Assembly (NCBI GenBank): GCA_035506655.1
Contig: DATJOZ010000062.1
Span: forward strand, 3,619 to 67,618
Origin: Gaiellaceae bacterium
Lineage (GTDB): Bacteria; Actinomycetota; Thermoleophilia; Gaiellales; Gaiellaceae
DNA length: 64,000 nt
Direction: 5' to 3'
Within the stretch, counting starts at the first letter, position 1; every line of letters starts with the position of its first letter. The translations under genes were made by a program, and so were the position numbers. Below the pieces are notes generated by a model that was given only the letters and a program-made list of their open reading frames with translations, was not told the DNA's origin and searched no databases. Positions 52,084 to 61,520 of the stretch are shown here, piece by piece.

Positions 52084-52727
52084 CGCGCCGCCTCCGCCGC
52101 CTGCCGCGCCCGCCGCGTGATCTCCTCGAAACGCCGCTCGCGGAGGAGCGCGGCGTCGCAGACCCAGCTCCCGCCGCACGCGATCACCGACGGGACCGCG
52201 AGGTAGGACGCAAGCGAGTCTCCGTCGATGCCCCCCGTCGGGATGAAGCGCGCCTGCGGGAAGGTCGCCGACACCGCGCGCAGGAACGCGGGGCCGCCGA
52301 GCGTCGCGGCCGGGAACACCTTCACGGTCGTGCGTCCGAGCCGCACCGCACGACCGAGCTCGGACGGGGTCGCGATCCCCGGGAAGAACGGCAGCGAGAG
52401 CTCCGCGCACGCGGCGACGACCTCGTCGTCGCTCCCCGGTGCGACCGCGAACGCGGCCCCCGCCCCGGCGGCCGCGCGCGCCTGCTCGACGGTGAGGACC
52501 GTGCCGGCGCCGACGAGCATCCCGTCGGTCTCGCGCGCCCGCGAGAGCGCCGACAGCGCCGCGTCGGTGCGGAACGTGATCTCGATGCAGCCGATGCCGC
52601 CGTCGAGGAGCGCCTTGCACAGATCGCCGACGACCGCTGCGTCGTCGACGGTGACGACCGGAAGCACGCGCGCCCGCGCGAGCGCCGCGCACACGGCCCG
52701 CTCATCTGCCGACACGAGCGCGCTCAC
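52080..52727 (-). CDS. eda: 2-dehydro-3-deoxy-phosphogluconate/phosphogalactonate aldolase
   Basis: GTG 52727 overlaps the kduD stop (GTGA). It is colinear with E. coli Eda (IEITFRT, GAGTVL, the Schiff-base Lys in VKVFPA, FIPTGGI). Confidence 0.85.
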   Translation of the reverse strand: MSALVSADERAVCAALARARVLPVVTVDDAAVVGDLCKALLDGGIGCIEITFRTDAALSALSRARETDGMLVGAGTVLTVEQARAAAGAGAAFAVAPGSDDEVVAACAELSLPFFPGIATPSELGRAVRLGRTTVKVFPAATLGGPAFLRAVSATFPQARFIPTGGIDGDSLASYLAVPSVIACGGSWVCDAALLRERRFEEITRRARQAAEAAR

Positions 52728-53488
52728 CGGCCCAGCCACCCTCCGTCGACGGGCAGCACCGTGCCGTGCACGTAGTCGGCTGCAGCCGAGCTGAGGAAGA
52801 CGATCGCGCCGGCGACGTCCTCCGGATCGGCCCAGCGTCCCGCGGGAATGCGCGCGAGGATCTGCGCGTACCGCTCGGGATCCTCCTGCAGTGCCTGCGT
52901 GTTGTCGGTGCGAACGTAGCCGGGAGCGACCGCGTTCACGTTGACGTTGCTCGCGGCCCACTCGTTCGCGAGCGCCTTCGTCAGACCCGCGACGCCGGAC
53001 TTGCTCGCGGCGTAGCCGGGCACCGTGATGCCGCCCTGGAACGAGAGCAGCGACGCGACGAACACGATCTTCCCGCCGCCGCGCTCGACCATGTCGCGCC
53101 CGAGCTCGCGCGTCAGCACGAACTGCGCGGTGAGATTCACCTCGAGCACACGGTCCCAGAGCTCGTCGGGGTGCTCGGCCGCGGGCGCGCGCGCGATCGT
53201 GCCGGCGTTGTTGACGAGGATGTCGATGCGCGCCACGTCACGGCGCGTCTCCGCGACGAGCTCGTACACCGCGGCGCGATCCGCGAAGTCGCAGCGGTAC
53301 GCGCGGAAGCTCCGGCCGTGAGCCTCGACGGCCGCACCGACCTCGCTCCCCGCCTCGAGCGACGCGCTCACCCCGACCACGTCGGCGCCCGCGGCCGCGA
53401 GCGCGACCGCAGCCGCACGCCCGATCCCGCGCCTGCAGCCCGTGACGAGGGCGGTGCGACCGGAGAGGTCGAACGGCGAGCCGCTCAC
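52724..53488 (-). CDS. kduD: 2-dehydro-3-deoxy-D-gluconate 5-dehydrogenase-like SDR
   Basis: GTG 53488 overlaps the upstream stop (GTGA). It is colinear with E. coli KduD (FDLSG..ALVTGC, SLLSFQGGI.VP.Y.ASKSGV.G.T.A.ANEWA..N.NVNA.APGY, DGGWL.R). Confidence 0.85.
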   Translation of the reverse strand: MSGSPFDLSGRTALVTGCRRGIGRAAAVALAAAGADVVGVSASLEAGSEVGAAVEAHGRSFRAYRCDFADRAAVYELVAETRRDVARIDILVNNAGTIARAPAAEHPDELWDRVLEVNLTAQFVLTRELGRDMVERGGGKIVFVASLLSFQGGITVPGYAASKSGVAGLTKALANEWAASNVNVNAVAPGYVRTDNTQALQEDPERYAQILARIPAGRWADPEDVAGAIVFLSSAAADYVHGTVLPVDGGWLGR

Positions 53489-54501
53489 GCGCGGCAGTCC
53501 ACGAGGATCTTCATCGCCGGACGGCCGGAGACGAGCTCGTCGAACACCGCCGGCACGCGGGCGAGAGGCTCGACGGCGGTGATCAGCCGCGCGACGTCGA
53601 ACGAGCCGTCGGCGAGGAGCTCGATCGCAGCGTCGAAGTCCTCGGGCTCGTACACGCGGGCGCCGAAGAGCTCGAGCTCCTTCCAGAACAGGTCGAAGAG
53701 GGCCACGGGTCTCGGCTCCGGGAAGATCGCGACCACGACGACGCGACACCGGAGCCCCGCATACTGCGTCGCCGCGAGGATCCCGGCGGCCGACCCGGAG
53801 ACCTCGAACACGACGTCCGCGCCGGCTCCCGCGGTCGCGTCGACGACCGCAGCCGCGACGTCGTCCGCCGCCGGGTCGTAGGCCGCGAAGCCGAGCCCGG
53901 CGGCAAGCGCGCGCCGGCTCTCGTCCGGCTCGACGACGAGCGTCGTCGCACCGCGCGCCCGCGCGACGAGCGCGATCAGGATCCCGATCGGGCCGCCGCC
54001 GATCACCACCACCGTGTCCCCCGGCGCCACCGCGCCTCGGCGGACGTCGTGGCACGCGACCGCGAGCGGCTCGGCGAGCGCCCCGAGGCGGAGCTCGAGC
54101 ATCGGCGGCAGCGCGTGCAGCGTGAAGGCCGGCACGGTCCACGAGACCTGCAGCGCGCCCGGCGCGTCGATGCCGAGGAACCTGAGGTTCCGGCTGATGT
54201 GGCTGAAGCCACGGTCGGCCGGCGTCTCGCCGCGGCTGTCGAGCGGGCGAACGACGACGGGATCGCCCGCCGCGAATCCCTCGACGCCGGCGCCGACCTC
54301 GGCGACGGTGCCGGACATCTCGTGCCCGATCACCTGCGGTGCGCGCACGCGACCGTCCATCGCTCCGTGCGCGATGTGGAGGTCGGTGCCGCACACACCG
54401 CAGTAGGCGACGTCGAGCCGCACCTCCCCCGGTCCGGGAGCCTCGACGACGCACTCCCCGACCGAGAACGCGCCGGCGCCTTCGTAGTAGACCGCACTCA
54501 T
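53485..54501 (-). CDS. Zn-dependent dehydrogenase (sorbitol/threonine dehydrogenase-like MDR)
   Basis: ATG 54501 overlaps the upstream stop (ATGA). CGVCGTDLH, GHEMSGTV and GGGPIG are present. Confidence 0.88.
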   Translation of the reverse strand: MSAVYYEGAGAFSVGECVVEAPGPGEVRLDVAYCGVCGTDLHIAHGAMDGRVRAPQVIGHEMSGTVAEVGAGVEGFAAGDPVVVRPLDSRGETPADRGFSHISRNLRFLGIDAPGALQVSWTVPAFTLHALPPMLELRLGALAEPLAVACHDVRRGAVAPGDTVVVIGGGPIGILIALVARARGATTLVVEPDESRRALAAGLGFAAYDPAADDVAAAVVDATAGAGADVVFEVSGSAAGILAATQYAGLRCRVVVVAIFPEPRPVALFDLFWKELELFGARVYEPEDFDAAIELLADGSFDVARLITAVEPLARVPAVFDELVSGRPAMKILVDCRA

Positions 54502-55343
54502 GCTCCCTCCTCCGACAGGTGATAGATGCGCGCGGCGGTGCCGCCGAGGAGAACGTCCTCGGCCCCCGGCGCGACGCGGGACGCGATGCGGCGATTCGCC
54601 TCCCAGACCCGGTCGTAGTCGCCGTTCAGGAGGGCGACGGGCCAGTCGCTCCCGCACATCAGCCGCTCCGCGCCGAAGGCGTCGACCGCGGTCGCCGCCG
54701 CGCCGACGAAGTCCTCGGCCGACCAGTCGCGGCGGTCGAGCGCGGTGTTGAGGCCGGACAGCTTCGCGACGACGTTCGGCGCCTCGGCGCAGGCGCGCAG
54801 CTTGCGCTCCCACGCATCGAGATCGCCGCCGAGCGGAGGCTTTCCGAGGTGGTCGATCACGAGGACGAGGCCGGGAAAGCGCGCGGCGAGCTCGACGACG
54901 TCGTCGAAGTGTCGCGGGTACTCGACCGGAAGCTCGAGCACGAGCCCCTCCCGCTCGAGCAGCGCGAGCGACTCGAGCACGCGCTCCTGCATGATCCAGT
55001 GAGGGTCGCTCTCGCCGTGGATCAGGTGCCTGACGCCGCGCACCTTCGGCCGGGAGAGCAGCTCGTCGAGCCGGGAGCGCGCGCGGACCGGGTCGTCGAG
55101 CGAGAGCCAGGCGGTGACGGCGGCGATCCACGGCGTGCGCGCGGCCTCGGTGCAGATGACGTCGGTGTCGGAGTCGAGGCACGCACCCTGGACGACGACG
55201 ACCGCGTCGACGCCGTTCCGGTCGAGCAGCGGCTTCAGGTCGTCGGCGCCGAACGGGCGCGCGATGGGATCGTGCTCGGGCGTCATCCACGGCTGCGGCG
55301 TGTGAGCCTCGTCCCAGAGATGTACGTGGGCGTCGACGATCAC
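54498..55343 (-). CDS. amidohydrolase_2-family lactonase (L-fucono-1,5-lactonase-like)
   Basis: GTG 55343 lies 5 nt after GAGGAG. VDAHVHLWD, VIDHLGKP, VAKLSGL, FGAERLMCGSDWPV and GGTAARIY match the LigI/fuconolactonase pattern. Confidence 0.85.
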   Translation of the reverse strand: MIVDAHVHLWDEAHTPQPWMTPEHDPIARPFGADDLKPLLDRNGVDAVVVVQGACLDSDTDVICTEAARTPWIAAVTAWLSLDDPVRARSRLDELLSRPKVRGVRHLIHGESDPHWIMQERVLESLALLEREGLVLELPVEYPRHFDDVVELAARFPGLVLVIDHLGKPPLGGDLDAWERKLRACAEAPNVVAKLSGLNTALDRRDWSAEDFVGAAATAVDAFGAERLMCGSDWPVALLNGDYDRVWEANRRIASRVAPGAEDVLLGGTAARIYHLSEEGA

Positions 55344-55360
55344 CAAGACTCCTCTAATAC

Positions 55361-55379
55361 GATCATATGATGTTTCGCG
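55361..55379. promoter_or_regulatory. 19-nt element GATCATATGATGTTTCGCG upstream of the lactonase operon
   Basis: It is identical to 61502-61520. It contains the palindrome ATCATATGAT, which reads TATGAT on both strands. Confidence 0.5.
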
Positions 55380-55398
55380 GGAGCGCGGCAGGTATCGG

Positions 55399-56124
55399 CT
55401 ACACGGCGTCGCCGGGCGCATCGTCCGCGCTTCGACGGACGAAACGGCGCAGCCAGTCCTCGGCGATCGCGAGGTGCATCAGGTCCGCCGCGGCGGCCAG
55501 CTCCTCGTCGCCTGCGACGAGCGCGTCGTAGATCCTCCGGTGGCTCTCGAGCGTCGCCTCGACGGCGCCCTCGGCCACGACGGATTGCCAGAGACGCGCG
55601 CGCAGCGTTCCACTCGAGAGGTTCTGGATCAGCGACGCGAGCGTCGCGTTTCCGCATGCGTCGAGGATCACGCGATGGAAGGCGGAGTCGGCCTCGATGA
55701 ACGCCGGCTCGCTGTCCGCCGTCTCCATCCTGAGCAGGCAGTCCCGGAGCTTCTCGAAGTCGTCGTCGCCGAGATGGCGAATCGCGAGGCGCGTCGCCTC
55801 GGGCTCGAGGATGCGCCGTACCTGGTGGAGCTCGAGGAGCGAGCCCGCGTCGACGAGGTCGCTCACGAACCCGATCCCCGTCAGCAACAGGTCCGGCTCG
55901 AGCGTCGTCACGTACGTCCCGTCCCCCACCCGCGACTCGAGCACGCCGACCATCGCGAGCGCCCGCACCGCTTCCCGGAGCGAGCTGCGCGAGACGCCGA
56001 ACCGCTGCGTCAGCTCCCGCTCCGTCGGAAGCCGGGCGCCGGCCGTGAACTCGCGGGAGCTGATCAGCTCCTTGATCCTTGCGATCGCCTGGTCGGTGGC
56101 GCGTCCGGTCGTGTCGCTGCTCAT
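55399..56124 (-). CDS. GntR/FadR-family transcriptional regulator (FCD domain)
   Basis: 241 aa with the HTH VSRSSLREAVRALAMVGVLESRVGDG. Confidence 0.88.
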   Translation of the reverse strand: MSSDTTGRATDQAIARIKELISSREFTAGARLPTERELTQRFGVSRSSLREAVRALAMVGVLESRVGDGTYVTTLEPDLLLTGIGFVSDLVDAGSLLELHQVRRILEPEATRLAIRHLGDDDFEKLRDCLLRMETADSEPAFIEADSAFHRVILDACGNATLASLIQNLSSGTLRARLWQSVVAEGAVEATLESHRRIYDALVAGDEELAAAADLMHLAIAEDWLRRFVRRSADDAPGDAV

Positions 56125-56165
56125 GGGACCCGTGGCGCACGGTACACACCTGCGCCGAGAGGCCG

Positions 56166-56201
56166 GGGGTCCCGCGTGAGCGTCGCCCTGCGCGGGACCC
56201 C
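56166..56201 (-). terminator. hairpin after the CUT2 substrate-binding-protein gene
   Basis: GGGGTCCCGCG (56166-56176) is the reverse complement of CGCGGGACCCC (56191-56201), with a 14-nt loop. There is no U-tract. Confidence 0.5.
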
Positions 56202-56218
56202 GCCTCCTCGTGTCATGC

Positions 56219-57166
56219 CTACTTGGCGTTCTGGGGCGTGATCAGCGACGTCCCCGTGTCGACGTTCTTCGCGACCTTCTTGCCGCTCACGGCGGCATAG
56301 AGCGTCGCGACCCCGAGCGAGCCGATCTTCGCCGGATGCTGGGCGACGGACGCGCTCTCCGTGCCGGCCTTGATCGCCGCCACCTCGTCCGGAAGCCCGT
56401 CGAAGCCGACGAGGATGATCCCGCCCGGCTTGATGCCCGCGTTCTTGATCGACTGGATGGCGCCGAGGGCGGGCGGACCGCAGGCCGAGTAGATCGCGGT
56501 GAGGCCGGCGTTCGCGGTCAGCATCGTCTGCGCGGCCTGGGCGCCTTTCGTCTGGTCGCAGTCGGTCTCGAGCTTCGAGACGATCTTGACCTGGCTCTTC
56601 AGCGAGCCGAGCCCGTTGAGCATCCCGGTGACCCGGTCGTCGAGCGCCGGGACGCCGGGCACGCCCTCGAGGATCCCGAGCGAGTCGCCGGCCTTCAGGT
56701 GTTGCGCCAGCCACTGGCCGGCGAGGACGCCGCCCTTGAGATTGTTCGTCGCGACGACGGACGTCTTGAGCTTCCACGTCGGCAGGTCGTTGTCCATGAG
56801 CACGACCTTGACGCCGGCCTTGACCGCCTTCGTGAGCGCGGGGATGACCGCCGGGCTCGTCGGTGTGATCGCGATGCCCTTGACGCCGGCGGCGACCATG
56901 TCCTGAATCGCGGCGATCTCGCCGGCGTCGTCCGTAGCGGACTTGCCCTGCGCGTACATGACCGTGACGTTCTTGTGCGACTTCTGCCATCCCTTCGCAC
57001 CGCCGACGAGCGTGAAGTAGAAGTCGACGGGGAACTTCGTGATGAACCCGAGCTTCACCGACGCCTGAGCCGCACGGGGCTTGGCGCTCGCGGTGGACGC
57101 GACTGCAGCAGCGCTCGCCAGGATGAGGACGAGGACGCCCACTGTCGGCAACCTCTTGTACGACAT
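56219..57166 (-). CDS. sugar ABC transporter substrate-binding protein (CUT2, RbsB-like)
   Basis: ATG 57166 follows GAAAGGGAG. It has the signal peptide MSYKRLPTVGVLVLILASAAAVAS and a periplasmic-binding-protein type I pattern. Confidence 0.85.
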   Translation of the reverse strand: MSYKRLPTVGVLVLILASAAAVASTASAKPRAAQASVKLGFITKFPVDFYFTLVGGAKGWQKSHKNVTVMYAQGKSATDDAGEIAAIQDMVAAGVKGIAITPTSPAVIPALTKAVKAGVKVVLMDNDLPTWKLKTSVVATNNLKGGVLAGQWLAQHLKAGDSLGILEGVPGVPALDDRVTGMLNGLGSLKSQVKIVSKLETDCDQTKGAQAAQTMLTANAGLTAIYSACGPPALGAIQSIKNAGIKPGGIILVGFDGLPDEVAAIKAGTESASVAQHPAKIGSLGVATLYAAVSGKKVAKNVDTGTSLITPQNAK

Positions 57167-57293
57167 ACGACTCCCTTTCGATTCGAGTGACGCGGCCCGT
57201 CGGGCCGTGGCCGATGTGGTCCTGGTCGGTCGTTCCGGCGCCTCGCGCTCTGCAGTAGCGCAAGACGCCGGCGTTCGCCGACCGCGCGTTCGT

Positions 57294-58040
57294 CTATCCA
57301 CCACCTCCCACGATCAGCGAAACGATCTCGGCGTGGGTGTCGGCGCTCGGAACGAGCTCGCCCACCTTTCGCCCGCGCCGCATCACAACCGCACGGTCGG
57401 CGACCTCCATCACGTGGTCGAGCGCGTGCGAGACGACGATCAGGGCCTTCCCCTCCTCGCGCAGCCGCAGGATCAGGTCGAGGACGTTTCGCGACTCCCG
57501 CACACCGAGGGCCGCCGTCGGCTCGTCGAGGATCACGACGCGCGAGGCGAAGGCGGCAGCGCGGCAGACCGCCACCCCCTGCCGCTGGCCCCCGGACAGG
57601 AGCCCCACGGCGCCGTGGTCGTCGAGCCGGACCTGAAGCCGCTCGAGCGTCCGCTTCGTCGCGTCCGCCATCTCGCGCCGCTTGAGCGCGCGAATCGAGC
57701 GCGGCAGCCACCGCGGCCCCGCAGCCTCCCGGCCGGCGTAGAAGTTGTCGCTCGGCCGCAGGTTGTCGAAGAGCGCCAGATCCTGGTAGACCGTCTCGAT
57801 GCCGAGCCTGCGCGCGTCGGCCGGCGAGTGGATCGCCACCACGCGGCCGTCCATCTCGATCACGCCGCGGTCGAGCGAGAGCGCGCCGCTGAGGGCCTTC
57901 ACCATCGTCGACTTGCCCGCGCCGTTGTCGCCGAGCAGGGCGAGGACCTCGCCGCCGGAGACCTCGAGATCCACACGGTCGAGGCCGACGACGGCGCCGA
58001 ACCGCTTCTCCGCTCCCCTGATCGCGAGGACGGGCGTCAT
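57294..58040 (-). CDS. sugar ABC transporter ATP-binding protein, single-NBD (FrcA-like)
   Basis: ATG 58040 overlaps the permease stop (ATGA). GDNGAGKST, LSGGQRQGVAV and VILDEPTA are present. It is only 248 aa. Confidence 0.9.
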   Translation of the reverse strand: MTPVLAIRGAEKRFGAVVGLDRVDLEVSGGEVLALLGDNGAGKSTMVKALSGALSLDRGVIEMDGRVVAIHSPADARRLGIETVYQDLALFDNLRPSDNFYAGREAAGPRWLPRSIRALKRREMADATKRTLERLQVRLDDHGAVGLLSGGQRQGVAVCRAAAFASRVVILDEPTAALGVRESRNVLDLILRLREEGKALIVVSHALDHVMEVADRAVVMRRGRKVGELVPSADTHAEIVSLIVGGGG

Positions 58041-59089
58041 GCTTCCCTCACCGCCCGCGCGAGGCGGACGCGGCTCTCGACGCTGCCGCGGATCACGTCG
58101 CCCTCGACGGCGAGCAGCACGATGACGCCGATCGCGATCAGCTGGTAGAAGGCGTTGACGCTGTGCAGGTTGAGCGCGTTCCGGATCACGCCGATCGTGA
58201 ACGCGCCGACGAGTGCGTTGCCGACGTTGCCGCGGCCGCCGGCGAATGCCGCACCCCCGATGATCACGGCGGCGATGGAGTCGAGCTCGGCGAGATCGCC
58301 CGCCGTCGGCGAGCCGCCGTCGAGCAGCCCCGCCGTCAGCAGGCCGCCGACGCCGGCCGCGAGGCCGCTGAGCGCGTAGACCGAGACGAGGACGCGGCCG
58401 ACGGGAATGCCGACGCGGCGCGCGGCCACCGGATTGCCGCCGACCGCATAGAGCCACCTGCCCCAGACGAGATACGTGGTCCCGACGAGCGCGAGCACGG
58501 CGAGGCCGACGAGGACGAAGAAGGAGTACGGCAACCAGCCGGCGCCGGCGCCGATGCTCTCGCCGCCGATCTTGTCGACCGCCGGCGGCATCCCGGCGAT
58601 GAGCGTCCCGCTCGCCGCCCAGAGCGCGAGCCCGCGCACGATGCTGAGGCTCGCGAGGGTGACGATGAACGGATGCGGGATCCGGCCGAGGACGAAGATC
58701 AGCCCGTTCGCGAGGCCGACCGCGAGCCCGGTCCCGAGGATCACGAGCACGACGAGCGCGGTCGAGCCGTTGTGCTCGTACACGATCGCGCCGAGCACCC
58801 CGGACAGCGCGACCGTCGAGCCGACGGAGAGATCGATCCCGCGGCTGACGATCACGAGCAGCTGGCCGAGCGCGAGCACGGCGATCACCGCGGTCTGCGA
58901 GAAGACGTTCCCGATGTTCCGGCTCGTGAAGAACACGGGGGTGGTCAGGCTGACGACGATCACGAGAATCAGCAGGATCAGCGCCGGCCCGCCCCGCAGG
59001 AGCAGCAGGGCCAGTTGGAGCAACCGGTAGCTCGGCCCCTCGACCTCGCGAGGCTCCGCTTGCTCCATCGCCTCGGCGGTCCCGGCCAT
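58037..59089 (-). CDS. sugar ABC transporter permease (CUT2, RbsC-like)
   Basis: 350 aa and about 10 TM. Its ATG 59089 lies 2 nt after the dehydratase stop. Confidence 0.88.
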   Translation of the reverse strand: MAGTAEAMEQAEPREVEGPSYRLLQLALLLLRGGPALILLILVIVVSLTTPVFFTSRNIGNVFSQTAVIAVLALGQLLVIVSRGIDLSVGSTVALSGVLGAIVYEHNGSTALVVLVILGTGLAVGLANGLIFVLGRIPHPFIVTLASLSIVRGLALWAASGTLIAGMPPAVDKIGGESIGAGAGWLPYSFFVLVGLAVLALVGTTYLVWGRWLYAVGGNPVAARRVGIPVGRVLVSVYALSGLAAGVGGLLTAGLLDGGSPTAGDLAELDSIAAVIIGGAAFAGGRGNVGNALVGAFTIGVIRNALNLHSVNAFYQLIAIGVIVLLAVEGDVIRGSVESRVRLARAVREA

Positions 59090-59091
59090 CG

Positions 59092-60399
59092 CTAGTCGAC
59101 GACCGCCGCTCTCGGGGCCCACACGGGGCCGTTCGGGTAGCCGTACTCCTCGAGCGACGCCTCGAGCATCTCGACGCTGTAGCCCGGCGCGCGCGGCACG
59201 AGATAGCGGCCACGCTCGACCACCGCCGGATCGCGGAAGTGCTCGTGCAGATGGTCGACCCATTCGATCAGGCGATTCTCGAGCGAGCCGCTCACCGCGA
59301 TGAAGTCGAAGACGGCGAGATGCTGCACGTACTCGCACAGGCCGACGCCGCCGGCGTGCGGGCACACCGGGATCCCGAACTTCTTGGCCATGAGGATGAT
59401 CGCGAGCACCTCGTTGACGCCCGCGACGCGGCACGCGTCGATCTGGCAGACGTCGATCGCCTCAGCCTGGAAGAGCTGCTTGAACATGACGCGGTTGGCG
59501 ACGTGCTCGCCGGTCGCCACGCGGACGGGCGCGATCTCCCGCCGGATCCGGGCGTGACCCAGCACGTCGTCCGGGCTCGTCGGCTCCTCCATCCACCAGG
59601 GCTCGAACTCCGCGAGCGCGTTCGTCGCCGCGATCGCCTCGTCGACTCCCCAGATCTGGTTCGCGTCCATCATGAGCACGCCGTCCGAGCCGAGCACGCC
59701 GCGGATGAGGGCGGCCCGCCGCGCGTCGGACCCCGGGTCCTGCCCGACCTTCATCTTCACGTGCCGGAAGCCGTCGGCCAGCGCCGCGCGCGTGAGCGTC
59801 TCGATCTTCTCGTCGTCGTAGCCGAGCCAGCCCGCGGACGTCGTGTAGGCCGGATAGCCCTCGGCGACGATCTGCTGCTCGCGCGCACCCTTGCCCGCGC
59901 GCACGGACTGGAGGAGGTCGAGCGCCTCCTCGGGCGGGAGCACGTCGGCGATGTACCGGAAGTCGATCGCCGCGACGACGTCCTCCGGGGGCAGGTGCGC
60001 GAGCAGCTGCCACAGCGGGAGACCGCGGCTCTTCGCCCACAGGTCCCAGACCGCGTTCACGACCGCGCCGACGGCGAGATGGAAGACGCCCTTCTCCGGG
60101 CCGAGCCAGCGGATCTGATCCTCCGAGACGAGCGAGCGCCAGAAGCCGCGCCAGTCCCCGGTGATCCCCTCGAGCGACCTCCCGACGACGAGCGGCCGGA
60201 GGGCCCGGATCGCGGCGACGCAGACCTCGGTGCCGCGTCCGTTCGTGAACGTCAGGCCGTGCCCCGCCGCGTCGCCGTCCGTCTCGAGCACGACGTACGC
60301 GGCCGAGTAGTCGGGGCTCGTGTGCATCGCGTCCGAGCCGTCGAGCGCCCGGGAGGTCGGGAAGCGCACGTCGTGGACGGTCATCTCGACGATCTTCAT
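59092..60399 (-). CDS. fucD: L-fuconate dehydratase (enolase superfamily)
   Basis: VHDVRFPTSRALDGSDAMHTSPDYSAAYVVLETD, VKMKVG, MMDANQ, WMEEP, ATGEH and CPHAGGVG match the FucD pattern. The start is ATG 60399 or TTG 60405. Confidence 0.85.
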   Translation of the reverse strand: MKIVEMTVHDVRFPTSRALDGSDAMHTSPDYSAAYVVLETDGDAAGHGLTFTNGRGTEVCVAAIRALRPLVVGRSLEGITGDWRGFWRSLVSEDQIRWLGPEKGVFHLAVGAVVNAVWDLWAKSRGLPLWQLLAHLPPEDVVAAIDFRYIADVLPPEEALDLLQSVRAGKGAREQQIVAEGYPAYTTSAGWLGYDDEKIETLTRAALADGFRHVKMKVGQDPGSDARRAALIRGVLGSDGVLMMDANQIWGVDEAIAATNALAEFEPWWMEEPTSPDDVLGHARIRREIAPVRVATGEHVANRVMFKQLFQAEAIDVCQIDACRVAGVNEVLAIILMAKKFGIPVCPHAGGVGLCEYVQHLAVFDFIAVSGSLENRLIEWVDHLHEHFRDPAVVERGRYLVPRAPGYSVEMLEASLEEYGYPNGPVWAPRAAVVD

Positions 60400-60409
60400 C
60401 GGCAACAGA

Positions 60410-60498
60410 GGTCTGATGTCTCGGCGAAAATCGGGGGAATCCTGTCCAGGAAGCCCATCAGTGGCGGGACTCTACCTCACATTGGTCTGATCTTTCAA
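60410..60498 (-). promoter_or_regulatory. promoter of the fucD-ABC operon with two GGTCTGAT repeats
   Basis: Minus strand reads TTGAAA (60498-60493, overlapping the AKR stop), 18 nt, TAGAGT (60474-60469). GGTCTGAT occurs at 60484-60491 (in the spacer) and 60410-60417 (next to the start codon). Confidence 0.5.
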
Positions 60499-61493
60499 GG
60501 GATCGCGGCGGGCGCGGTCGGAGCGTCGGCGCGAAGGAGCCCTGCCGCGCGGAGCTCGGCCCAGAGCGCGGGAGGCACGCCCGCCCGGTGGAGCGAGACG
60601 TTCCGTTCGATCTGCCCGGGCGAGCGCGCCCCGACGCACACGCTCGCGACGAGCGGATGCGCGAGCGGGAATGCGAGAGCGGCCGCGGGCAGCTCGACCC
60701 CGTGGCGGGAGCAGATCGCGTCGATCCGCTCCGTGCGGCGCAGCACCTCGTCCGGCGCCGCCGCGTAGTCGTACCGTGCGCCTCGGGCCGGCGCGGAGCG
60801 TGCGAGCAGGCCGCTGTTGAACACCCCGGCCGCGACGATCCCGACGCCGCGCTCCTCGCACGCCGGCATGAGATCGTCGAGCGCGGACTGGTCCAGCAGC
60901 GTGTAGCGGCCCGCCACCATGAGCAGGTCCATGTCGGTCTCGCGCGCGAACGCGGAGAGCATCGCGGTCTGGTTCATGCCGGCGCCGATCGCGGCGATCA
61001 CGCCCTGCGCCCGGAGCTCCTCGAGCGCCGGATAGGCGGCCCCGACCGCCTCCCGCCAGTGATCGTCCGGATCGTGGAGATACACGATGTCGACGCGGTC
61101 GAGGCCGAGCCGCTCGAGGCTGTCCTCGATCGAGCGGAGGACGCCGTCGCGGCTGAAGTCCCAGACGCGCCGGTGGGTGGCGGGCACCTCGAATCCCCCG
61201 TCGTCCATTCCGGCCGGGGCCGGGACCGGCTCGAGCAGCCGGCCGACCTTCGTCGAGAGCACGTACTCGGTGCGTGGGCGCGAGGCGAGCGCCCGCCCCA
61301 GCCGCCGCTCGGAGAGCCCGAGGCCGTAGTGCGGGGCGGTGTCGAAGTAGCGGATCCCGAGCTCCCACGCGGCGTCGACGGTCGCGTGCGCCTCGTCGTC
61401 GTCGATCGCCCGGTAGAGGTTGCCGAGCTGCGCGCACCCGAGCGAGAGCTCGGAAAGCCGGAGGCCGGCGCGGCTCACACGACGAAACTCCAC
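60495..61493 (-). CDS. aldo/keto reductase (D-threo-aldose/L-fucose 1-dehydrogenase-like)
   Basis: GTG 61493 gives [22 protein letters not shown] tetrad context is present: [14 protein letters not shown] and YLHDPD. Confidence 0.9.
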   Translation of the reverse strand: MEFRRVSRAGLRLSELSLGCAQLGNLYRAIDDDEAHATVDAAWELGIRYFDTAPHYGLGLSERRLGRALASRPRTEYVLSTKVGRLLEPVPAPAGMDDGGFEVPATHRRVWDFSRDGVLRSIEDSLERLGLDRVDIVYLHDPDDHWREAVGAAYPALEELRAQGVIAAIGAGMNQTAMLSAFARETDMDLLMVAGRYTLLDQSALDDLMPACEERGVGIVAAGVFNSGLLARSAPARGARYDYAAAPDEVLRRTERIDAICSRHGVELPAAALAFPLAHPLVASVCVGARSPGQIERNVSLHRAGVPPALWAELRAAGLLRADAPTAPAAIP

Positions 61494-61496
61494 TCC

Positions 61497-61520
61497 GGTC
61501 AGATCATATGATGTTTCGCG
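61497..61520 (+). promoter_or_regulatory. GGTCAGAT plus 19-nt element at the AKR/galT divergent junction
   Basis: GGTCAGATCATATGATGTTTCGCG. Positions 61502-61520 are identical to 55361-55379. It overlaps the galT ATG codons. Confidence 0.5.

Noticed and set aside
55367-55531. Plus-strand ORF beginning MMFRGSAAG at the 19-nt element. It has the same first four codons as galT and the GntR gene.
   Set aside because: It runs antisense through the well-supported GntR gene at 55399..56124 and translates to Ser/Ala/Arg-rich junk. The shared sequence is better explained as a regulatory element.
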